Source: an uncultured Gammaproteobacteria bacterium (GTDB taxonomy: Bacteria > Patescibacteriota > Microgenomatia > UBA10105 > UBA927). From it: a stretch of DNA of 64,000 nucleotides. The DNA lies in NCBI GenBank assembly GCA_964621305.1, contig CAZUOM010000003.1:14589-78588 (forward strand), given 5' to 3'. Made by a program: the position numbers and the translations under genes. The stretch's first letter is position 1. Each line of letters opens with the position of its first letter. This document shows, one piece after another, positions 57,257 through 64,000 of the stretch. Under the pieces are notes generated by a model. It saw only the letters and a program-made list of their open reading frames with translations, did no database searches and had not been told where the DNA came from.

Positions 57257-57277
57257 TATACTGTACATATATGTACA
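57257..57277 (+). promoter_or_regulatory. -10 box TATACT plus perfect 16-bp palindrome TGTACATATATGTACA overlapping an ATG
   Basis: Read directly (palindrome at 57262-57277). Confidence 0.65.
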
Positions 57278-57342
57278 AAATAGATAAACTATTGAAGCTG
57301 GATCGGAAACTTTTTCACACGAAGTCATTAATAAAGACTTAA
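57271..57342 (+). pseudogene. Probable 5' stub of an AbiEi-type antitoxin/wHTH gene
   Basis: MYKIDKLLKLDRKLFHT then early stop. Resembles, from recall, N-termini of CPR AbiEi-like proteins. Has its own promoter and palindrome. Confidence 0.45.
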
Positions 57343-57377
57343 ACTCACTTTTACCGCGATGAGGGTGTACCCCGTAT

Positions 57378-57659
57378 ATGAAAAATAAGAAAGTTGAACT
57401 CTTTTTAGTCTTTTTTCTCCTGTTGCTTCTATCAGGATTAATCTCCCTAACTCTATTTATATCATCCCAAGAAAGAATTAATGAAAAGGGGAAATTTAAG
57501 CCACCTGGAGAAAGACCTTTATGTACAAGCGACCTAAACTGTCAAAAGGGATTTTCTTGCTGGTATAAAATTCCGGCAGGACCAGCCGAAGGGGAAAAGG
57601 GATCGAGGGAAAATCCAGGCATCTGTCGGGACAACGAAGTAATAAATACGATCCTTTAG
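57378..57659 (+). CDS. Small membrane-anchored Cys-rich protein
   Basis: N-terminal TM, C-x5-C-x5-C ... GIC. Confidence 0.7.
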   Translation: MKNKKVELFLVFFLLLLLSGLISLTLFISSQERINEKGKFKPPGERPLCTSDLNCQKGFSCWYKIPAGPAEGEKGSRENPGICRDNEVINTIL

Positions 57660-57662
57660 TCA

Positions 57663-58865
57663 ATGAAAAATTTTCTTCTCAATATTATACTCCTGATTAT
57701 TACTGTATTTTTCACTCCCAATGTTTTCGCACAAGAAGGGCCAAATCCAGCTGTTTCTCGTCTACAAGTAAAAATCCTTAATAAAAAGACTATCTACATC
57801 AATAACCAGCCCTTTATTCCCAAAGGCATTTGGAACCCGTTTGTAGTAAGTCTTGGAGAACTGGCAAACCCAACTATTATCAGCAGCCGTATTGAAGAAC
57901 TTGGAAGTAGAAAGTTTAACTTATTGGTGGAGAAGATAAATTGTCTTAGCGCCTTTAATGCCTGTAAGAATGTTCTTGACGCTCTATCCCTATTCAATCA
58001 AAACAGGACCTCTCCAAACGAGCAGATCTGGGCTTTTTTCTCCTTACAGGATGTGCTTTACGATAAAAACCTATCCGAAGAAGAGAGGATCAGAAAAACT
58101 AAAGAAGTGGTCAGAAAAGTCTATTCATACCCATTTTTCTTAGGCATGCTTCTTGGTGATGAACCGGACTATGGTCATGCTTCAGCAACATTTCTTGCCC
58201 AAGTTAATCAAGCTATCCATCAGGAATTTCCCAATATCCTGACATTTATTGACTTGGCAAAATCAGATCCGACTAGCGTAAAATCATTTCTCACATCAGC
58301 CGATATCCTTGCCCATGAACAGCATTTTTACAAAACTATTTACACCAGCTACGAAGATTATCTTCCGAAATTGGCTACCGACGCGAAACAGTTCGTCGAT
58401 GCCACCAAAGATTCAAACGGACAATATCAAATGCCTCTTTGGGGTGCAGTCCATACGTTCGGAAATTATACAGGCTATACCGATAGTCCACCGACCCCGC
58501 AGCAACATCTTAACATTACCAAAAAATGGCTTGAGGCAGGGGTGACTGGCGTTATTTACTACGCCTACCAGCATACAAATTGGATCCTCTCTAAAGACTC
58601 ACCTCACTCCTGGCCAACTACAACTGGTAGTTTTGGTTCACCAGCGCTTTGGAACAGTCTCACAGATACTAACTCTTATATAAACAAAACATTGACAACG
58701 ACACCTGGCGATCTCAATGCAGACAACAAAGTAGATATCTTTGATTATAATTTGATGGTCCAAAACTTTAGTGCCACTAATTGTGGCAATGTGGCTGATC
58801 TTGACGGCAACTGTAGGGTGGATATTTTTGACTACAATATCTTGGTGCAAAACTTTGGGAAATAG
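57663..58865 (+). CDS. Secreted clan GH-A-like TIM-barrel protein with C-terminal dockerin
   Basis: Signal peptide ..TPNVFA-Q; INNQPF.PKG, LG..LGDEPD, AG.TG..YY; GDLN.D.KVDIFDY..ADLDG...VDIFDY duplicated Ca-binding repeat. Confidence 0.75.
   Translation: MKNFLLNIILLIITVFFTPNVFAQEGPNPAVSRLQVKILNKKTIYINNQPFIPKGIWNPFVVSLGELANPTIISSRIEELGSRKFNLLVEKINCLSAFNACKNVLDALSLFNQNRTSPNEQIWAFFSLQDVLYDKNLSEEERIRKTKEVVRKVYSYPFFLGMLLGDEPDYGHASATFLAQVNQAIHQEFPNILTFIDLAKSDPTSVKSFLTSADILAHEQHFYKTIYTSYEDYLPKLATDAKQFVDATKDSNGQYQMPLWGAVHTFGNYTGYTDSPPTPQQHLNITKKWLEAGVTGVIYYAYQHTNWILSKDSPHSWPTTTGSFGSPALWNSLTDTNSYINKTLTTTPGDLNADNKVDIFDYNLMVQNFSATNCGNVADLDGNCRVDIFDYNILVQNFGK
58704..58865 (+). repeat. Dockerin-encoding repeat, copy 1 (others at 61469-61636, 62289-62447, relic 60417-60473)
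   Basis: High DNA and protein similarity among the copies. Confidence 0.9.
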
Positions 58866-58920
58866 ATCGCTTGACAATGGTCTATTTATATTCCATAATT
58901 AGTAGTATATTTTACTATTT
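58860..58920 (+). promoter_or_regulatory. Sigma70 promoter TTGACA-N17-CATAAT with two inverted repeats (putative AbiEi operators)
   Basis: -35 at 58871-76, -10 at 58894-99; AAATAGATC/GGTCTATTT flank the -35; TAGTA..TACTA at 58900-58917. Confidence 0.75.
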
Positions 58921-58931
58921 GCGAAACAAAT

Positions 58932-59588
58932 ATGAATAATCTGAAGCTGAACAATATTTTAAAACAGGCGCCCTATCTGACTAAACAAAATCTGGCGCTC
59001 GCCCTTTCTAAGGAAGGAGAGAGTTTAAATTACTGGATAAAAAAGCTCTTGAAAGAAAAGGCCTTAATCAGCCTGAAAAAGGGTTTCTATATTTCTTCTT
59101 ATTATCTCGATCTTGTTTCGCAGAACCCTTTAAACAAAGAGGCTTATTTTGAGTATTTGGCCAATTTTTTACGTTTTCCTTCTTACATTTCTTTGGAATA
59201 CGTTCTGTCTTCCCGGAATTTTCTGGCCGAAACAGCCTTTGCCATTACTTCTGTTACTGTCAAATCGCCCCGCGTATACGAATCAGAAATTACCAAGTTT
59301 GTCTACCGCAGCATCAAGCAAGAACTATTTTCCGGTTACGGATTCAAAGAATTTGGAATAAAAAGTATAAAGATTGCCAGCCTTCCCAAGGCTTTTTTCG
59401 ATTTTGTCTACCTAAAAAAATTCGCTACGGTTGAGGAAATGCGCGAGTATTTAACTGAAGGGGGAAGATTTAACTGGGATGTCATGTTACCGAACGACAA
59501 AAAGGAACTGGTACAATTAACGGAGGTCTCCGGCTCAAAAAAGATGAAATTGGTTCTTTCTATTCTTAGAAAGGCTAAAATCTTATGA
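58932..59588 (+). CDS. abiEi: Type IV TA antitoxin, AbiEi-like
   Basis: wHTH-like N-terminus with LKKG.Y, PSYISLE..LS, TSVT, F.YR.IK, IA...KA..D..Y; ATGA-coupled to AbiEii. Confidence 0.8.
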   Translation: MNNLKLNNILKQAPYLTKQNLALALSKEGESLNYWIKKLLKEKALISLKKGFYISSYYLDLVSQNPLNKEAYFEYLANFLRFPSYISLEYVLSSRNFLAETAFAITSVTVKSPRVYESEITKFVYRSIKQELFSGYGFKEFGIKSIKIASLPKAFFDFVYLKKFATVEEMREYLTEGGRFNWDVMLPNDKKELVQLTEVSGSKKMKLVLSILRKAKIL

Positions 59589-60424
59589 TCGTTGACAAAC
59601 TAAAATCAGTCCTGGATCAATATAAAACCAATGCTAATAAGCTCTTTATCCGAAGCGCTCTTAAAGAAGCTCTGCAAGATTATGTGCTCAACTTTATCTA
59701 CAATGACGCCGATTATAAAACGCTGATTTTCACCGGCGGAACGTGTCTACGAAAAGTTTATGGTCTGCCCCGTCTTTCCGAAGATCTGGATTTTGATTTT
59801 ATAGACGGGTTTGAGATCAAAAATTTTGCCGCTGGTATCAAGGCGTATTTTATCAAAGGACTACAGTATAAAGATCTAGCTGTAAAAGTAAGCGGCGCCG
59901 GACAATCCGTTTTTCTGAAATTTCCCATCTTTAAGGATTTGGGGTTGGTCAAGAACCCGTCTGATTCGCCGTTTCTTTTCGTCAGGTGCGATTTTTCCAG
60001 AGAAACAATCGGCGTTTTTAAAACCGAAGTCAATTCTATTTCTACCACGGAATTTTCTTTTTTTTCTTTATCTTATGATCTGCCGACCCTTTTTAGCAAT
60101 AAGATTATGGCTTTCCTAAAAAGGGATTTTTTTAAAGGGAAAAAACAGGCCCTCCCTTTCAAGGGCCGGGATTTGTTTGATCTGGTCTGGTTTCTGGAAA
60201 AGTCGAAAAAATCCGATTTAAAACCAAATTGGGAAAGACTGATTAAGGGATTAACAGTGAAAAGCAAACAAGAAGTTGTTGAAAGGATTCTTGATAAAAC
60301 AGAAAGAATCGAAAAGAAAGATGTCTATACTGACCTTTCGCCTTTTATTGAAAATGGTCAGGTCCTTGATAATTTTGTCAGTAACTTTGGCAGGATAATA
60401 AAAGATAATGCCAAGTATTTTTGA
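59585..60424 (+). CDS. abiEii: Type IV TA toxin, AbiEii/AbiGii nucleotidyltransferase
   Basis: F.GGTCLR..YGL.R.SEDLDF, K..A...R, GRD.FDL. Confidence 0.9.
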   Translation: MIVDKLKSVLDQYKTNANKLFIRSALKEALQDYVLNFIYNDADYKTLIFTGGTCLRKVYGLPRLSEDLDFDFIDGFEIKNFAAGIKAYFIKGLQYKDLAVKVSGAGQSVFLKFPIFKDLGLVKNPSDSPFLFVRCDFSRETIGVFKTEVNSISTTEFSFFSLSYDLPTLFSNKIMAFLKRDFFKGKKQALPFKGRDLFDLVWFLEKSKKSDLKPNWERLIKGLTVKSKQEVVERILDKTERIEKKDVYTDLSPFIENGQVLDNFVSNFGRIIKDNAKYF

Positions 60425-60473
60425 CTATAATGATTATAATTTAGCGGTAAGGAATTTTGGGAAGACACAATGA
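60417..60473 (+). pseudogene. Orphan dockerin 3' tail (IFDYNDYNLAVRNFGKTQ*)
   Basis: TATTTTTGACTATAAT and GGAATTTTGGGAA match the end of 60470..61636 exactly. Its TGA overlaps ATG 60470. Confidence 0.8.
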
Positions 60474-61636
60474 AAAAAATTATTCTTCTCACTTTTATAC
60501 TTCTTATTTCCGCTTTAACGCTTACCCCCAACGTTTTAGCACAAGATGCTCCGGGCGTGCCCGTGGTTCCCTTCGTTTTCGCCGTTGACATTATGGGTCA
60601 GGGGTATTCCTCTGAAAATTGTAACGCGCTGAGGACCAGAGCCGGCTATTGCTTTGGACTGGAGACAGACTTGGAGAAAATAAAGAAAGCCTACAATACA
60701 ATCAATGTGGTTTCCAGCATACCTGCATATTGGGATAGGTGGCTGATACGTGTTATTCAAAAAGCTAGGGAGAAAAACTTGGCAGTGATTATCAATAGTA
60801 GTACCGCTACAAATGTCGAACAATGGTTTACTGATTTATCACTGAAGGTGAAAAACCATCCCAATGTGATAGGTTTTCGGGTGGTTGATGAGATTGGTAG
60901 TACGAACACTATTGACTTCTGGTTATCTTATCTCAGAAAGACAAAAGCCGGTATCAGAAAAAATTCTCAAGCTCCAATTATGGTTGACGTCATTCCCTGT
61001 GAATATGTGCATAATAATCCTTCATGGTGTCAGGAGAAATATCCAGCCATGACGCTTTCGGCTATTGACCGGTATGTAAATTCCGGTTATATCGATGCCC
61101 TCATTTTATCGTTGGGTAATGACTTGGAAGCAGATTTAAAAACTGCGGTTGATAGATGGGGAGGAAAGGTGAAGATTTATGTTCGCAATGGAAGTGCTAT
61201 TAAGTTGAATTTATCATTTCCCCCGGATGCCGAAATAAAAACAAAGATATTAAACCGCCAAAATTTTATCAGGGATAACGGAGCAATCGGAACAAGTGAT
61301 TATGCCTGGAGACATGAAAGCAGTCCCGGAGACGAATATAGAATGTTAAACGCAGACGGAACGGAAACAAGTATCTATCGCGCTCTGGTCGCCACATTTC
61401 AGGCATTCGGAAGTCCAAGATTCAATTTTCCCGCACCGCCAATTTCAACGCCAACGCCTATATTACTACCCGGCGATCTCAACAGAGACAACAAAGTAGA
61501 CATCTTTGATTATAACTTATTGGTCCAGCACTTTGGCAACACCACTTGCCGCAATGTGGCTGATATTGACGGCAACTGCAAGGTGGATATTTTTGACTAT
61601 AATATCCTGGTAGGGAATTTTGGGAAAACGAACTAG
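60470..61636 (+). CDS. Secreted clan GH-A-like TIM-barrel protein with Pro/Thr linker and C-terminal dockerin
   Basis: Signal peptide ..TPNVLA-Q; KNHPNVIGF.VVDE, GAIG...YAW; dockerin repeats. Confidence 0.7.
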   Translation: MKKIILLTFILLISALTLTPNVLAQDAPGVPVVPFVFAVDIMGQGYSSENCNALRTRAGYCFGLETDLEKIKKAYNTINVVSSIPAYWDRWLIRVIQKAREKNLAVIINSSTATNVEQWFTDLSLKVKNHPNVIGFRVVDEIGSTNTIDFWLSYLRKTKAGIRKNSQAPIMVDVIPCEYVHNNPSWCQEKYPAMTLSAIDRYVNSGYIDALILSLGNDLEADLKTAVDRWGGKVKIYVRNGSAIKLNLSFPPDAEIKTKILNRQNFIRDNGAIGTSDYAWRHESSPGDEYRMLNADGTETSIYRALVATFQAFGSPRFNFPAPPISTPTPILLPGDLNRDNKVDIFDYNLLVQHFGNTTCRNVADIDGNCKVDIFDYNILVGNFGKTN

Positions 61637-61646
61637 TGCTGCTAGA

Positions 61647-62447
61647 ATGAATACATTGAAAAAATATTTGGGGATTATTCTGTTGGCAGTTGCGGTACTT
61701 GGTACCGCTGGGTGGGTATCTAGGCCCCAAAATACACAGGAAACTCGCAGCAGGGCCTGGGCGGCAAGCACTCTGTCGTTTGACCCATCGAATGCGTCTG
61801 TTGGCGTGGGACAGCTGGTTTCACTAGACGTCAAAATCACGCCTGCGACAAATATTGTAAGTGCAACAGAGCTCTATTTTCGGTACGACCCTGCAAGAGT
61901 TGAGTTGCTAAGTATCGTACCCTCGTCTGCTTTTTCTGCAATACTTTCTGCTGCATCCATTAATAACGCGACTGGGCAAGCCAGTATTACAGTCGGTACG
62001 CCTCCGCTGTCGCCGGTCAAAGATCCAACATCGGTAGCAACCATTTCATTTCGTACGAAAACTGCTGGTTCGCCAACCACCGTTACCTTCACTTCTGCCA
62101 CCAAAGTGGCCGCGCTTAATGAGAAAGGCAATGTTGTCTCATCTCTGACGCCCGCTACGATCGCCATCCTTTTACCCACGCCTACGCCAACCCCCATTCC
62201 CACTGTGACACCCACGCCGACACCACGACCGACGGTAACCCCGACACCTACTCCCACTGCAACGCCCACGCCTACCCCAACGCCACTGCCGGGAGATCTG
62301 GATCGAGACGGAGACGTGGATATTTACGACTACAATATCCTGGTTACAAACTTTGGACGAACTGGAACAAATGTGGCAGATATTGACGGCAACGGCAAAG
62401 TAGATATTTTTGACTACAATATCATCGTAACGAATTTCGGCAAGTGA
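61647..62447 (+). CDS. Cohesin - PT linker - dockerin protein (adaptor-scaffoldin-like)
   Basis: N-terminal TM, LSF.P....VG....V.I, YDP...EL, ATI.F cohesin pattern, (PT)n, dockerin. Start is ATG 61647 or TTG 61656 (TGcTAGAAT 7 nt upstream of the latter). Confidence 0.8.
   Translation: MNTLKKYLGIILLAVAVLGTAGWVSRPQNTQETRSRAWAASTLSFDPSNASVGVGQLVSLDVKITPATNIVSATELYFRYDPARVELLSIVPSSAFSAILSAASINNATGQASITVGTPPLSPVKDPTSVATISFRTKTAGSPTTVTFTSATKVAALNEKGNVVSSLTPATIAILLPTPTPTPIPTVTPTPTPRPTVTPTPTPTATPTPTPTPLPGDLDRDGDVDIYDYNILVTNFGRTGTNVADIDGNGKVDIFDYNIIVTNFGK
62175..62291 (+). repeat. Pro/Thr low-complexity linker coding repeat
   Basis: PTPTPTPIPTVTPTPTPRPT..., codons diversified. Confidence 0.9.
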
Positions 62448-62466
62448 ATTTTGGTATGCTGGATCT

Positions 62467-63015
62467 ATGGCTAAATCTCAGAGGCAAAATCATTGGCTGA
62501 TGCCACTTATCATCGTGGCATTGGTGGTGCTCGGAGTATACGCTGTGGTGCGACTAAAGATTCCTTTGTTACCCACGTTTTCATCTGTGTCGCAGGTTGC
62601 CGCGGATACCACGCTGTCGTTTGTTCCTGCGACTCTGACGGGGAAAGTCGGCGAGACCAAAACTCTTGCCATTGCCGTTTCTTCCGGCAAAAACACCCTG
62701 ACAGGAGCGGAGTTTCAACTTTCCATCGACTCCTCTGTTGCGCGCATTCAGAAAGCCTCCGCTGCATCTTTTTTTGAAAAGCCGACAGTTCTTGCAAACG
62801 TTCTCTCAAAGTCAGGCAGTTCCCTTCACTTTGCCGTCGGCAGTTTGACTCCTAAGCAGGGAGACGGAACATTAGTAAACATTACGATGCGCCTGATCAA
62901 GCCGGGGAGCATAGCTATGAGTTTTTTTGACGTCAAGATTGCGGCGGTGGGCGCCGGATCAACCAATGTCTTTCGTGCAGCCTCGCCGATTACAATTACT
63001 GTGACAAAACCATGA
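62467..63015 (+). CDS. Membrane-anchored single-cohesin protein
   Basis: TM then TTLSF.P, VGE, GAEF.L..D, G.G.L..I. TGgTATGCT lies 6 nt before the ATG. Confidence 0.7.
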   Translation: MAKSQRQNHWLMPLIIVALVVLGVYAVVRLKIPLLPTFSSVSQVAADTTLSFVPATLTGKVGETKTLAIAVSSGKNTLTGAEFQLSIDSSVARIQKASAASFFEKPTVLANVLSKSGSSLHFAVGSLTPKQGDGTLVNITMRLIKPGSIAMSFFDVKIAAVGAGSTNVFRAASPITITVTKP

Positions 63016-63827
63016 AATTGCTTCGTCCGTTTCTGCCATTTTTGGTGCTGGCATTTGTCTTAGGTGTGTTGGTAACGGCGGTGCAAAAGCCACAGGAACT
63101 CCGAAGGAAAGCCGCACCGGCCACCACCCTTTCATTTTCTCCTGCCAACCTTTCGGTCCATCCCGGCGACACATTTGACGTGAGCATACTAGTGGAAACA
63201 GGAGAAAATACTATTTCCGCCGCCGACATTAGCATTTCCTTTGACAAGAATAAACTGCAGGGCAAATCGATAGTAGCCGACGACTTTCTGACGAATGTCC
63301 TGATCTCCGGAGCTATTGGCGATGGTAAAGCGACCATCACCCTCGGCAGTCCGCCAACATCTCCTAAAAAGGGAAACGGAAAGCTTGCAACCGTCATATT
63401 TCGGGCAAAAGACTCAGGGACAACACAAGTAAGTTTTACTGACGCAACGCAAATTGCCGGTATCGGAGAGAACACAAATGTTATTATCGGGAAAACTCCG
63501 GCAACCGTAACGATTGGGAGCGGCGGCAGTGTATCCAAACCCACGCTGACTCCCACGCCACGGCGCTCCAGTCAGTCGAAGACCCAGCCATCGCCGGTAC
63601 CACCGGCCGAGGTTTCCGCCCAATTGAGTACGTGTACTTGTGGCGACGGCATATGTCAGAAAGACAACTGTGGGGAGTCTGCTTTTACCTGTGCGGCTGA
63701 CTGTAAATCCGTCGCTTCAGATGCTACCGGTTTACCGACATTGCCTATCGTGTCCGAAAAAAACTCTGAGCCCTTCTTTGTCAGTTTCGTTAGAAAAGTA
63801 CTCAGTCTTTTTGGCATCAGATTTTAG
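63012..63827 (+). CDS. Membrane-anchored cohesin protein with P/T/S linker and Cys-rich CGDG.C..GE....C..DC module
   Basis: TTLSFSP, GDTFDV.I, AAD..ISFD, G.G.LAT..F.AK..G; CTCGDGICQKDNCGESAFTCAADC; amphipathic C-terminal helix. Confidence 0.78.
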   Translation: MKLLRPFLPFLVLAFVLGVLVTAVQKPQELRRKAAPATTLSFSPANLSVHPGDTFDVSILVETGENTISAADISISFDKNKLQGKSIVADDFLTNVLISGAIGDGKATITLGSPPTSPKKGNGKLATVIFRAKDSGTTQVSFTDATQIAGIGENTNVIIGKTPATVTIGSGGSVSKPTLTPTPRRSSQSKTQPSPVPPAEVSAQLSTCTCGDGICQKDNCGESAFTCAADCKSVASDATGLPTLPIVSEKNSEPFFVSFVRKVLSLFGIRF

Positions 63828-63888
63828 CCAAACGCCAGCGCCTAGATAAACTTTTTTCCCTCAATGGTTTATAATTGGTACTACTTCT

Positions 63889-64000
63889 ATGCGCATAGGA
63901 ATCGATGCACGACTTATCAATGAGACCGGGGTGGGGAGGTATATCAATAATCTCGTTAAAGAGCTGGGGGAGATTGAGAAAAACAATAATTACATCGTTT
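63889..64000 (+). CDS. GT4 glycosyltransferase, 5' fragment (runs off window)
   Basis: MRIGIDARLINETGVGRYINNLVKEL...; TATAAT at 63870-63875. Confidence 0.8.
   Translation, partial: MRIGIDARLINETGVGRYINNLVKELGEIEKNNNYIV

Noticed and set aside
57335-57377. Integron attC-like site between small cassettes
   Set aside because: No RYYYAAC/GTTRRRY cores with proper spacing and no integrase.
61874-62269. Minus-strand 131-aa Gly/Val-rich ORF
   Set aside because: Antisense shadow of the PT linker and cohesin.
58704-62447. Dockerin repeats as a CRISPR array
   Set aside because: Repeats are coding, degenerate at third codon positions and irregularly spaced; no cas genes.
967-63849. Numerous 60-190 aa ORFs nested in or antisense to the long genes
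   Set aside because: No recognisable motifs, fully overlapped by well-supported CDSs; treated as shadow ORFs.

Overview
This window is almost entirely one very large surface-glycosylation locus. It holds about 19 polytopic GT-C-fold membrane glycosyltransferase-like genes (ArnT/PMT-, YfhO-, PTPS-related-, GT87-, PIG-V- and AftD-like) and many GT2/GT4 enzymes. It also holds a flippase, an O-antigen-ligase-like/GT-C fusion and nucleotide-sugar enzymes (ColD-like dehydratase with an Fcl/ColC-like reductase, UDP-glucuronate decarboxylase, GalE-like epimerase). The locus ends in a cluster of secreted cohesin- and dockerin-bearing proteins interrupted by an AbiEi/AbiEii type IV toxin-antitoxin pair. 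Gene content, DUF5667-like and Cys-rich/PT-linker surface proteins, ATGA coupling and apparently leaderless promoters suggest a Patescibacteria (CPR, probably Microgenomates) genome; this is inference. An AT-rich block of about 14 kb lies on the opposite strand (29600-43480). Structure not explained by the gene calls: (1) about 15 short tandem-repeat tracts of 7-, 8- or 9-nt units, mostly in-frame in loops of glycosyltransferases, with different units at the same loop in different paralogues; (2) a 122-bp inverted repeat with one mismatch inside two oppositely oriented GT-C paralogues, which could invert a 5.9-kb segment; (3) a miniature cellulosome-like cohesin-dockerin set with an orphan dockerin tail suggesting cassette exchange; (4) several gene relics (ColD 3' end, AbiEi 5' end, an in-frame TAG at codon 5 of a GT-C gene). 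No rRNA, tRNA, CRISPR array, transposase, integrase or reverse transcriptase was recognised. All family assignments come from motif recognition by eye, not database searches.
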